A stretch of DNA of 64,000 nt. It comes from Candidatus Aminicenantes bacterium (lineage in GTDB: Bacteria > Acidobacteriota > Aminicenantia > JAMOAD01). Positions 36,033-45,464 of this stretch are shown here, one piece after another. Made by a program: the position numbers and the translations under genes. The stretch lies in assembly GCA_027061995.1 (NCBI GenBank), contig JAMOUT010000079.1:14098-78097 (forward strand), given 5' to 3'. Every line of letters starts with the position of its first letter. The stretch's first letter is position 1. The notes under the pieces were generated by a model. It saw only the letters and a program-made list of their open reading frames with translations. It was not told where the DNA came from and ran no database searches.

Positions 36033-37616
36033 ATGTTTGTTTTATCGGTGAAAAATTCAAGAAAAGTTGATGAAATAGCTTTTAATGATTATAAATTTCA
36101 ATCTTCTCTTCTTATGGAAAATGCGGGAAGATCAGTTGTAGATGCAATTGAAAATAGTTTCGGAGAGGTTGAGGATACGGATATTGTTGTTATTTCGGGA
36201 AAAGGAAATAACGGGGGAGACGGAATGGTTACGGCGAGACATCTTTACAACAGAGGAGCAAATGTAACTCTTTTTTTATTAACCTCCCCCTCCAAACTAA
36301 AAGGTGATCCTCGAATAAATTATAAAATTTTAAAAAATTATAATATTGAAATCATTAAAATTTTAAAAGTGAATGATATTAAGAAATTATCCCAATATCT
36401 TAATAATGCTGATATGGTTGTTGATGCGATTTTCGGCACAGGTTTTAAAGGAATAGTTTCAGGTTTTTATGAAAAGATAATAAAGGATATAAATGATAAA
36501 TCAAAATTTACTGTTTCCATTGATATACCTTCGGGAATTAACGGAGATATTATAAATCCTGAAGGGGAACATATCTTTGCGGATTTAACTGTCAGTCTTG
36601 CCAATCTTAAACCAGCCCATGTTCTTCCCCCTTCGGAAGAATATTGCGGAGAGGTTTTTATAGGAGATATAGGGATTCCTCAAGAGATAGTGGAAAAAAA
36701 TTCTTTGTTTAAAATGATTGATGAGGAAGATTTTATGGAGCTCTTGCTTGACAGAGAACTTGATACACACAAAGGGACTTATGGTCACACTGTTATTATA
36801 GGGGGAAGCAGAGATAAATCCGGAGCAGTAGCTCTTGCCGCAAAAGCTGCATTAAGGGTTGGGGCGGGGCTTGTCTCTGTTGCGGTTCCCGAATCAATAA
36901 TAGACAGAATTTCCTCCAATACCCCTGAAATCATGTATTTTCCTCTGAAAGAAAAAAACGGTCTTATCTCTTCTGAAAATGAAGAGGCTCTTTTAAAATT
37001 TCTAAAAGATAAATCTTCAATTGTCATTGGTCCCGGAATGGGTGTTTCCCCCGAATTAAAGAGATTAATATTAAATTTAATAAATAAAACAGATCTTCCC
37101 GTTGTTATTGATGCGGATGCTCTTAATAATTTGGGAGAGGGGATTAAGGATATAAGAAAAGAGAATATCGTATTAACACCTCATCCGGGAGAATTCGAGA
37201 GGATATCCGGCATTGATAAGAGTGAAATCAAAAAAAACAGATGGATTAAAGGGATTGAATTTGCCGAAAAAAACGGATTTAATTTAATATTAAAAGGATA
37301 TAAAACTTTGATTGGATTCGGGAAAACAAAAGAGTTTTTTGTAAATCCCACGGGAAACCCGGGGATGGCAACAGGAGGAACCGGAGATGTATTATCCGGT
37401 ATTCTCGGCGGTTTACTCTCTTCAAACGATTCTTTAATAGGGTTTAAAGCCAAGATTCTCGGTGGGGTTTTTATCCATTCTCTTGCCGCTGATCTTGCTG
37501 TAAACAGAATAGGGGATCAGTCTCTTATAGCTTCGGATATTATCGATTATCTACCGGTGGCTTTTGATTATCTGAAAACCGGAGGGGAGGAAGAATTTGA
37601 GGAAGATGATTATTAA
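36033..37616 (+). CDS. nnr: Bifunctional NAD(P)H-hydrate epimerase/dehydratase (YjeF)
   Basis: LMENAG, GKGNNGGDG, DAIFGTG, DIPSG, HKGTYG, IGPGMG, DADAL, TPHPGE, ATGGTGDVL; SD AGGAGG before the ATG at 36033. Confidence 0.95.
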   Translation: MFVLSVKNSRKVDEIAFNDYKFQSSLLMENAGRSVVDAIENSFGEVEDTDIVVISGKGNNGGDGMVTARHLYNRGANVTLFLLTSPSKLKGDPRINYKILKNYNIEIIKILKVNDIKKLSQYLNNADMVVDAIFGTGFKGIVSGFYEKIIKDINDKSKFTVSIDIPSGINGDIINPEGEHIFADLTVSLANLKPAHVLPPSEEYCGEVFIGDIGIPQEIVEKNSLFKMIDEEDFMELLLDRELDTHKGTYGHTVIIGGSRDKSGAVALAAKAALRVGAGLVSVAVPESIIDRISSNTPEIMYFPLKEKNGLISSENEEALLKFLKDKSSIVIGPGMGVSPELKRLILNLINKTDLPVVIDADALNNLGEGIKDIRKENIVLTPHPGEFERISGIDKSEIKKNRWIKGIEFAEKNGFNLILKGYKTLIGFGKTKEFFVNPTGNPGMATGGTGDVLSGILGGLLSSNDSLIGFKAKILGGVFIHSLAADLAVNRIGDQSLIASDIIDYLPVAFDYLKTGGEEEFEEDDY

Positions 37617-38025
37617 GAGCGAAGCACCTGAAGATACTCGTAAAATCGGGATAAATTTTGCGGAATCTCTAAAAGGGGATGAGATAATTATTGTATCGGG
37701 AGAACTCGGTGTAGGGAAAACCCATCTTATTAAAGGAATTGCCGAATATTTTGATATAGATAGTAAAGAGGTGAACTCTCCCACCTTTACCATAATGAAT
37801 ATATATTACGGAAAAATAACGATTTATCACCTTGATTTATATAGGGTTTCGGAAGAGGAAGCTGAAGAGATAATATCCGAGATCGAAGGCAAAGGGGTTA
37901 TCATTCTTGAATGGGGGGAAAAATTAAATCCGGTTTATTTTGATAATGTAAAATATTTTATAGAGATAGAATATGATAAAGAACTAAATAGAGAGATTAA
38001 AATCAGGGGTTTGACAGATGTTTAG
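37597..38025 (+). CDS. tsaE: tRNA t6A biosynthesis ATPase TsaE
   Basis: GELGVGKT, SPTFTI, HLDLYR, LEW; conserved yjeF-yjeE synteny. Confidence 0.95.
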   Translation: MRKMIIKSEAPEDTRKIGINFAESLKGDEIIIVSGELGVGKTHLIKGIAEYFDIDSKEVNSPTFTIMNIYYGKITIYHLDLYRVSEEEAEEIISEIEGKGVIILEWGEKLNPVYFDNVKYFIEIEYDKELNREIKIRGLTDV

Positions 38026-38485
38026 ATTTTTAAAGAAAATATTATTTTTATTGTTAGTCGGAATCATAATTTACTTTTTTTTTACAAGGTTATATGTGTT
38101 TAAAGTTAAAGGCAACTCAATGTCTCCGACGATAAAGAATGGCTCCTTTGTGCTTGTTGTAAAATCTAATCGACTTATCAAAAGAAAATCAATAATAGTT
38201 TTTTTTGATCCGAAAACAATAAAGAATAAAAAGATGATTAAAAGAGTTTACGGCATGGGGGGAGATTACCTCATTATTAAAAAAAACGGTTATGAGGTGA
38301 AAATCAAGCCTGAGAAAGGAGACAAAAGTTATCTTAAGATACCCGGAAACAGTTATTATGTTGTAGGAGATAATTTTTCCCTTTCAAGTGATAGTAGAGA
38401 AGGGTGGTTTGTTACAAAAGACCTTATTATAGGAAGAGCATTTATTGTATTCTATCCTATAAAATATTTTAAATTTTTACTTTGA
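38018..38485 (+). CDS. lepB: Signal peptidase I (short form)
   Basis: One TM; GNSMSPT (catalytic Ser), IKRV (catalytic Lys), GDN...S.DSR. Confidence 0.9.
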   Translation: MFRFLKKILFLLLVGIIIYFFFTRLYVFKVKGNSMSPTIKNGSFVLVVKSNRLIKRKSIIVFFDPKTIKNKKMIKRVYGMGGDYLIIKKNGYEVKIKPEKGDKSYLKIPGNSYYVVGDNFSLSSDSREGWFVTKDLIIGRAFIVFYPIKYFKFLL

Positions 38486-38496
38486 ATTTATTATTG

Positions 38497-39594
38497 TTAC
38501 ATTCCGAATCCTGTTCCGAGAGCGACCGCCATTTTTACCATATCACCATCGGGTTTTACCCTTTTGGGATTTCTTGCCGCTTCCGCAAGAGATACATCTA
38601 TAATATCGTTTCCTCTGACCGCTACCATTTTACCGAATTTCCCTTTGACAACAAGTTCGACAGCATGGTATCCGAATCTTGTCGCAAGAAGCCTGTCAAA
38701 AGGGGAAGGGCTACCACCCCTTTGAAGATGGCCGAGAACAGTTACCCTTGTTTCCATCCCCGTTAAATCCTCTATTTCATCTCCCACTTTATTTCCCACA
38801 CCTCCGAGCCTTATAGGCATACTCGGATCATCGACTATTTTCTTCACGACAACTTCCCCCCCCTCGGCTTTAGCTCCTTCACTGACAACAACAAGACTGA
38901 ATCTTTTCCCTTTTTTAACCCTTTTTTCAATGCTTTTTGCCACATTTTCAATTTTATAAGGGATCTCGGGGATTAGAATAACATCTCCTCCGCCAGCTAT
39001 CCCAGAATGGAGAGCTATCCAACCCGCGTCTCTCCCCATGACCTCTATCACCATTACCCTATGGTGCGATTCCGCCGTAGAATGAAGTTTGTCTATGGAA
39101 AAAGTTGCAACCTGAAGTGCGGAATCAAAACCGAAAGTTACATCTGTTCCGCCGAGGTCATTATCTATTGTCTTCGGAACGCCCACCATAGGGATTCCGT
39201 ATCTTTCGTAAAATTCAAGAGACATGGTTTGAGTGCCGTCTCCTCCGATAGTAATAATGGCATCAATATCATTGTATTCTATGGTTTTTATAACTTGTTC
39301 GCTAACATCAATAAACTCAGGTTTTCCGTCTTTTAGTATCTTGTATTTAAAAGGGTTATCTCTGTTTGAAGTTCCGAGAATGGTTCCCCCTCTCGGAAGA
39401 ATTCCCGATACATCCTTTTCTGTTATCTGGCTTACCTTTTTATTAATCAATCCTCCGAATCCGTCTCTTATCCCCATAACCTCAAGTCCGTGTTCATTTA
39501 TCGCTGTTTTTACAACAGCACGAATAACCGCATTTAACCCCGGACAATCTCCCCCTGCTGTTAAAACCCCGATTCTTTTGATTTTATTTTTCAT
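38497..39594 (-). CDS. pfkA: 6-phosphofructokinase (group III type, probably ATP-dependent)
   Basis: GGDCPGLN, GGDGT, PKTIDND, EVMGR, LGHLQRGG. Confidence 0.93.
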   Translation of the reverse strand: MKNKIKRIGVLTAGGDCPGLNAVIRAVVKTAINEHGLEVMGIRDGFGGLINKKVSQITEKDVSGILPRGGTILGTSNRDNPFKYKILKDGKPEFIDVSEQVIKTIEYNDIDAIITIGGDGTQTMSLEFYERYGIPMVGVPKTIDNDLGGTDVTFGFDSALQVATFSIDKLHSTAESHHRVMVIEVMGRDAGWIALHSGIAGGGDVILIPEIPYKIENVAKSIEKRVKKGKRFSLVVVSEGAKAEGGEVVVKKIVDDPSMPIRLGGVGNKVGDEIEDLTGMETRVTVLGHLQRGGSPSPFDRLLATRFGYHAVELVVKGKFGKMVAVRGNDIIDVSLAEAARNPKRVKPDGDMVKMAVALGTGFGM

Positions 39595-39768
39595 ATTAAC
39601 CTCCTCCTTTTATATCATAAAAATATCCGAATATCTTCCGAGACTATTATCACAGTAAAAGAATAAAGAAAAAAATATATTAAAATTTAAAGAGTTTCCC
39701 ATTCTCACATAATTCTCCACAAACCTATATACTATAAAATTATAATGAAACAGTGAAAATGTCAAGTA

Positions 39769-40794
39769 TTATATTTTTGCCCATGGTTCCGGAAGAAACA
39801 GTTTTTTATATAAATTCAGAGCATATCTGTCTGTCATCCCCGCAATAAAATCCATTACCCTTTTTTCAAGTGAATCTTCTTCGGGAAATTCTTCAACATA
39901 CTCTTTCGGATTTTCAAGAAGATACTCGTATAACTCTTTAAGAATCTTAAATATTTTCGATTTTTCAGCACTGTGCTCCTCTTCCCTGTAAACTCTTTTT
40001 ATAAGAAAGTCTCTTAATTCAATGGTGGCGGAATATATATCTTCACTCATCCTTATATAATCATAATCATGTTTCTTTGTTGTGAATATCAGATCTCTCA
40101 CCATCGTGTTTATCCTTTCTCTCTTGGAGTCTCCCAAAATTTTAATAAGATGAGGAGGGATCTCTTCCGATTTTATCATTCCCGCTCTAATTGCATCATC
40201 AAGATCATGATTTACATATGCAACTATATCGGAATATCTGATAATTTGACCTTCAAGAGTTTTACTCATATTACTCTTTTTGAATATATCCCCGAAACCT
40301 TTTGAATGTTTAACTATTCCATCCCTGACTTCCAGTGTAAGATTCAACCCTTTTCCATTGTTTTCAAGTTTATCTATGACTCTGAGACTATGAAGATAAT
40401 GCTTAAAACCGATTTCGGATAATTCGTTCAAAACAGCTTCTCCGAAATGCCCGAAAGGGGTATGTCCTATATCATGCCCCAAAGCGATTGCTTCAGTTAA
40501 ACTCTCGTTTAATTTAAGAGCCATTGCTATTGTTCTTCCTATTTGAGATACTTCGAGAGTATGAGTTAAACGGGTTCTGTAATGGTCACCCGTAGGGGAT
40601 ATGAATACCTGAGTTTTATGCTTTAGTCTTCTGAAACTTTTAGAATGGATTATTCTGTCTCTGTCTCTTTGAAAAGGGGGACGAATATCCTCTTTTTCCT
40701 CATATTTTAACCTTCCTTCACTATCACTGTTTTTACATGCACGAGGATGTAAAAATTTTGATTCTATCTCTTCTATTTCCTCTCTTATATTCAT
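39769..40794 (-). CDS. dgt: dGTP triphosphohydrolase (short HD-domain form)
   Basis: [47 protein letters not shown]. Confidence 0.93.
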   Translation of the reverse strand: MNIREEIEEIESKFLHPRACKNSDSEGRLKYEEKEDIRPPFQRDRDRIIHSKSFRRLKHKTQVFISPTGDHYRTRLTHTLEVSQIGRTIAMALKLNESLTEAIALGHDIGHTPFGHFGEAVLNELSEIGFKHYLHSLRVIDKLENNGKGLNLTLEVRDGIVKHSKGFGDIFKKSNMSKTLEGQIIRYSDIVAYVNHDLDDAIRAGMIKSEEIPPHLIKILGDSKRERINTMVRDLIFTTKKHDYDYIRMSEDIYSATIELRDFLIKRVYREEEHSAEKSKIFKILKELYEYLLENPKEYVEEFPEEDSLEKRVMDFIAGMTDRYALNLYKKLFLPEPWAKI

Positions 40795-42479
40795 CAATTA
40801 TCAAGGTGTTTTAAAACATTAACAGATACTTGCTGTGATAATTTTCTTGCTTCTTCGAGTGTCTCATTAGCTTTTGATTCAAGTTCTTTTCTGAATTTAT
40901 CATCATTTATTGAAGGAAGATTAATTTTAACATTCAGAAAGGCTCCTTCCGCTGCGGTTCTCGCCATCCATCCTGCGACTCCCACATCCGAAATAGAATT
41001 TATATTACCTATCTCGGACACTCTCTCTGCTATTTTTAAAACCCCTATTGTTTTTTCAAGAACTTTCATGGGAACCTCAGCCGCATATTGAGCCGCTTTT
41101 TCCATTGCCCGCTCTCTTTGTTGTTTATCTTCATCCGTTTTTTTAGGAAGTCTTCTTGCTTCCATATAAAGATTAAAAGCATTTGTATCTTCATCTATCA
41201 ATCTTACAAACTCTTGTTTAATTTTTTGAGCTTCGGCTCCCAATTCGGAAAATTCATTATTAAACTTTTCATAACCTTTTTTACCATAACTGAGTGCTGC
41301 TACCATGGATGAAAGAGCGGAAGAGAGAGAGCCGGCAAGTGCGGCAATGCTTCCCCCTCCCGGGGCAGGTGAATCGGATGAAACTTCATCAACAAAATCT
41401 GTGATCTTCATCTCTGTTAAAAGCTTGGACTTATAATCTTTTTCAATAATATATTCTATTATTTTTTCATCGGGATTAAAGGGAGAAACTGAACTTAACT
41501 CAAGAGATTTAACCGCAATATCAACAAGTTCTCTTTCGGGAACTCCGAGACTTTTCCCCTGTTTTTCAAGAAAATGTTTACCAACTTCAAGAATCGTTTC
41601 CTTGGGGATAAGACCAACGACTTCACTCCCCGTTACAAGCAAACCGAGTTTTTGTGCTTGCTCTATCACCTCTTCGTAAACTTTCCATAGAGGGGTTTTT
41701 TTATAATTTAAAAGATTTATCGAAATCTGGGCTATTCCGTATTCATCAATATACCATCCGATGGCTCTGACATTTTTTAAAGTGCCGGGAACTCTTAATT
41801 TGTTTCCCTTTTCATCTTTAATGATTTTCCCGTTTTTATCCCTTTTTAACCTGCCGTTTTCCCTTATATTCAAAGCTATTTCATTGGCAAGTTTTTTATC
41901 TTTTGTATTAAGATTAACATTATAAGCGATTAAGAATTCTCTTGCACCTATAATTGTTCCCCCTGTTTTTGCAATTCGTTCATTGTATTCATCGGGACCA
42001 AAATCAGGTTTCAGCTCTTTTAGTTTTTCGGGAAGAGCTTCATATTCTCCCTTTCTAACATAGGATAAGCTTTTTCTTTCCTCTGTTGTAGCTGCTTCCT
42101 CATAAAGATATACCGGGATATTCAACTCTTTTCCCACTCTTTCTCCCAATTCTCTTGCTATTTTAACACAATCTTCCATTGTAACCCCTTCCAAAGGGAC
42201 AAAAGGGACAACATCTGTTGCTCCGAGTCTGGGATGGGCTCCGGTCTGTTCTCTCATGTCAATGATTTCGGCCGCTTTTTCAATAGCTCTGAAAGCAGCT
42301 TCTTTTACAGATTCGGGATCTCCCACAAAAGTAAACACGGTTCTGTTTGTAGCTTCTCCCGGATCAACATCAAGAAGTTTAACCCCTTTAACCGAACGGA
42401 TTACTTTTTTTATCTCTTCCAATTTACTCTTGTCTCTTCCCTCGGAAAAATTGGGAACACATTCGACTAATTTTCTCAT
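40794..42479 (-). CDS. ftcd: Bifunctional glutamate formimidoyltransferase / formiminoTHF cyclodeaminase
   Basis: [30 protein letters not shown]; C-terminal [10 protein letters not shown] cyclodeaminase domain. Confidence 0.95.
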   Translation of the reverse strand: MRKLVECVPNFSEGRDKSKLEEIKKVIRSVKGVKLLDVDPGEATNRTVFTFVGDPESVKEAAFRAIEKAAEIIDMREQTGAHPRLGATDVVPFVPLEGVTMEDCVKIARELGERVGKELNIPVYLYEEAATTEERKSLSYVRKGEYEALPEKLKELKPDFGPDEYNERIAKTGGTIIGAREFLIAYNVNLNTKDKKLANEIALNIRENGRLKRDKNGKIIKDEKGNKLRVPGTLKNVRAIGWYIDEYGIAQISINLLNYKKTPLWKVYEEVIEQAQKLGLLVTGSEVVGLIPKETILEVGKHFLEKQGKSLGVPERELVDIAVKSLELSSVSPFNPDEKIIEYIIEKDYKSKLLTEMKITDFVDEVSSDSPAPGGGSIAALAGSLSSALSSMVAALSYGKKGYEKFNNEFSELGAEAQKIKQEFVRLIDEDTNAFNLYMEARRLPKKTDEDKQQRERAMEKAAQYAAEVPMKVLEKTIGVLKIAERVSEIGNINSISDVGVAGWMARTAAEGAFLNVKINLPSINDDKFRKELESKANETLEEARKLSQQVSVNVLKHLDN

Positions 42480-42638
42480 GAATCTCCTCCGAAATTTATT
42501 AAAATATAATATACCTTATAAAAAGATTAAATTCAAGGTTTTGGGTTGAGAAGGAAAATCTTTAAAAAACGGATTAAAAATGTTATAATTTTTTCCAATT
42601 TATTATCGGATTTAAATAAAAACCTTTAAGGAGGTAAA

Positions 42639-43856
42639 ATGAGTATAAAACAAGCGGAAGCAGGCAATATGGGAGATAAAGTCAGATCCGATTGTCGGGT
42701 TTTGTTAAAAACAGGGGATAAAATCAAAGGGATAAAACTTAATCTTGAAAGCAAGGTGAAAGCTCTATACGGAGAATCCATAAAAAAACTTGTTTTTGAA
42801 ATGATGGAATTTTTTGAAATAGAGGATATTGAGATAGATCTGTTTGATTCCGGAGCACTACCTTTTGTTATTATGGCAAGAATTGAAACAGCCGTAAAAA
42901 AATTGGGTTTGGATAAAGGGAAAAAGTATCTTCCCGAATGGCAGTATGAATTTTCCAAAAGTGACAGGGATAGATTCAGAAGATCAAGATTATATCTTCC
43001 CGGAGACCAGCCCAAATTTTTTCTAAATGCTGCAATTCATAAACCTGACGGATTAATCCTTGATCTTGAAGATTCGGTAGCTCCTCCCGCAAAGGATTCC
43101 GCAAGAATACTTGTTAGAAATTCATTAAGAACCATTGATTTCATGAGTGCCGAGAGAATGGTCAGAATCAATCAACTACCTTTGGGACTTAAAGATCTTG
43201 AAGAGATCATCCCTCATAGGGTTGATTTGATTTTAATTCCCAAAGTGGAGTATCCGGAACAGATTAAAGATATAGATGAAAAAATAGATCAATTATTAAA
43301 AGAAAATTCAGAAACATTCGACCCTTTTTATATGCCGATAATAGAAAGTGCGGCGGGGATTATGAATGCTTATGATATAGCAAAATCCTCAAAACGGATA
43401 GTAGCTCTTGCAATAGGGCTTGAAGATTATACCGCTGATATAGGCACACAAAGGACAAAGGAGGGGAGAGAGAGTTTTTTTGCAAGATCGGTTATTGTTA
43501 ATGCGGCGAAAGCTGTGGGAATACAAGCGATTGATACTGTTTTTTCCGATGTTACCGATATGGATGGTTTAAAAGAGAGTGTTCTTGAAGCTAAATCACT
43601 TGGTTTTGACGGTAAAGGGTGTATTCATCCGAGACAGATTAGAATCATTCATGAAGCTTTTGCCCCGACCGACAAAGAGATAGATAAAGCCAAAAAAATC
43701 GTTCTTGCTTTTGAAGATGCTGAGAAAAAAGGATTGGGAGTTGTGTCTTTGGGGAGTAAAATGATTGACCCCCCTGTTGTTAAAAGAGCATTAAGAATCA
43801 TAAATCTTGCTTTAAGAGAGGGATTGATAAATGAAAATTGGAGGGAAAAATTATGA
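42639..43856 (+). CDS. citE: Citrate-lyase ACP (CitD)-like domain fused to CitE/HpcH-family lyase
   Basis: N-terminal AG....RSD...S.V..LYG..I...DSGAL...I.AR (CitD-like), then RSRLYLPG, LDLEDSV, VRIN, IPK, IES, EDYTAD, GK.CIHP.Q, MIDPP; SD AAGGAGG. Confidence 0.88.
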   Translation: MSIKQAEAGNMGDKVRSDCRVLLKTGDKIKGIKLNLESKVKALYGESIKKLVFEMMEFFEIEDIEIDLFDSGALPFVIMARIETAVKKLGLDKGKKYLPEWQYEFSKSDRDRFRRSRLYLPGDQPKFFLNAAIHKPDGLILDLEDSVAPPAKDSARILVRNSLRTIDFMSAERMVRINQLPLGLKDLEEIIPHRVDLILIPKVEYPEQIKDIDEKIDQLLKENSETFDPFYMPIIESAAGIMNAYDIAKSSKRIVALAIGLEDYTADIGTQRTKEGRESFFARSVIVNAAKAVGIQAIDTVFSDVTDMDGLKESVLEAKSLGFDGKGCIHPRQIRIIHEAFAPTDKEIDKAKKIVLAFEDAEKKGLGVVSLGSKMIDPPVVKRALRIINLALREGLINENWREKL

Positions 43857-45418
43857 GCGATAAATATAAAACAGAGATAAATGCAGCGGGCAGAGAGGTG
43901 CTTGTTGAAATTAACGGAGAAAAACATATCCCTTTTAAAGGGGTGAACGGATATAAACCTAAGGGCAGAAAAGCGGCTCCGCCAATAAGATCCTGCATTG
44001 ATTATCCGTGGAATGGTGATAAAAGGGTTAAAAACATAAAAGAAGCTTTGAAAAAAGCGGGATTAAAAGACGGGATGACAATCTCAACTCATCACCATTT
44101 GAGAAACGGAGATTATGTCGCAAATATGGTTTTTGATGCTGCGGCAGAACTCGGAGTAAAGAACCTCAGATGGTTTCCGAGCGCTTCTTTTCCTGTTCAT
44201 GCCCCGATTATTAAACATCTTGAAAGCGGAGTTGTTCATCATATAGAGGGAAGTATGAACGGACCTTTGGGAGATTTTTGTTCCGAGGGGAAGATGAAAG
44301 GGACTGCCATTTTAAGATCTCACGGTGGAAGATACCAGGCGGTTCAGGATGGAGAGGTTCATATTGATATTGCCGTAATCTCTGCTCCCTGTGCCGACCC
44401 TTTCGGAAATGCAAACGGTTTGAGAGGACCTGCCGCTTGCGGTTTACTCGGGTTTGCTCTTGCTGATTCACAATACGCTGACAGAGTTATTGTTGTAACC
44501 GATAATCTTGAACCTTTTCCCTGTATCCCTTGGCAAATTCAGGGAAATAATGTTGATTTTGTAGTGGAAGTTGATTCAATAGGAGATCCGTCAAAAATCA
44601 TATCCGGAACAACTCAATTGACCAAAAGTCCCGATAGATTGCTGATAGCGGAGATGGCTGTGAAATTCTCCGTTGAAGCCGGTATTGTTAAAGACGGATT
44701 CTCTTTTCAAGCCGGTGCGGGAGGCACATCTTTGGCTTTTGCCGTTTTTTTAAGAGATATTATGAAAAAAAACAATATAAAAGCAAGATTTGTCAGGGGA
44801 GGTTCCACAAAATATCTGACGGAGATGCTTGAAGAGGGGTTAACCGATTATATTCTCGACGGTCAAACATTTGATCTCGAAGGGGTAAGATCGATGAGGG
44901 AAAATCCAAATCATCAGGATACCAGCCCTTTTACGAGCTATAATTTTCACGGAAAAGGTAATTTTGCTTCCATGCTTGATGTTGTGGTTCTCGGAGCAAC
45001 CGAGGTTGATATTAATTTTAATGCTAATGTTGTAACTCACTCTGACGGAAGATTGCTTCACGGAATAGGGGGATGGCAGAATTGTCTCTACGGAAAAACA
45101 GTTATATTACCGATACCTCTTTTCAGAGACAGAATCCCCGTAATTGTTGATAAAGTTACAACTCTTGTGGGTCCCGGTGAATTGATTGATGTTATTGTTA
45201 CCGAAAGGGGGATTGCGATAAATCCGAGAAGAAAAGATTTGATAAAAGCGATGAAAGGGACAAATCTTCCCGTAAAAAGTATAGAGGAATTAAAAGAGGA
45301 AGCTGAAAAAATCAGCGGAGGAAAACCTCAAAAACCTCAACTCGATGAAAAAATCATTGCCGCGATAAAATGGGTTGACGGAACTATCATAGATGTTGTC
45401 AGGCAAGTGAAACAATAA
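43853..45418 (+). CDS. citF: Citrate lyase alpha subunit (CoA/ACP transferase)
   Basis: HHHLRNGD, RSHGGR, FQAGAGG, LGATEVD.NFN.NV.THSDG, DVIVTERGIA; ATGA overlap with the upstream gene. Confidence 0.9.
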   Translation: MSDKYKTEINAAGREVLVEINGEKHIPFKGVNGYKPKGRKAAPPIRSCIDYPWNGDKRVKNIKEALKKAGLKDGMTISTHHHLRNGDYVANMVFDAAAELGVKNLRWFPSASFPVHAPIIKHLESGVVHHIEGSMNGPLGDFCSEGKMKGTAILRSHGGRYQAVQDGEVHIDIAVISAPCADPFGNANGLRGPAACGLLGFALADSQYADRVIVVTDNLEPFPCIPWQIQGNNVDFVVEVDSIGDPSKIISGTTQLTKSPDRLLIAEMAVKFSVEAGIVKDGFSFQAGAGGTSLAFAVFLRDIMKKNNIKARFVRGGSTKYLTEMLEEGLTDYILDGQTFDLEGVRSMRENPNHQDTSPFTSYNFHGKGNFASMLDVVVLGATEVDINFNANVVTHSDGRLLHGIGGWQNCLYGKTVILPIPLFRDRIPVIVDKVTTLVGPGELIDVIVTERGIAINPRRKDLIKAMKGTNLPVKSIEELKEEAEKISGGKPQKPQLDEKIIAAIKWVDGTIIDVVRQVKQ

Positions 45419-45464
45419 TTTTTCTTATTTGTAAATTATAAAAAGCGCATCTTTATTATTATAG

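Noticed and set aside
39769-40794. dGTPase as an anti-phage defence gene
   Set aside because: It is the short housekeeping-type Dgt in a metabolic context with no defence-island neighbours.
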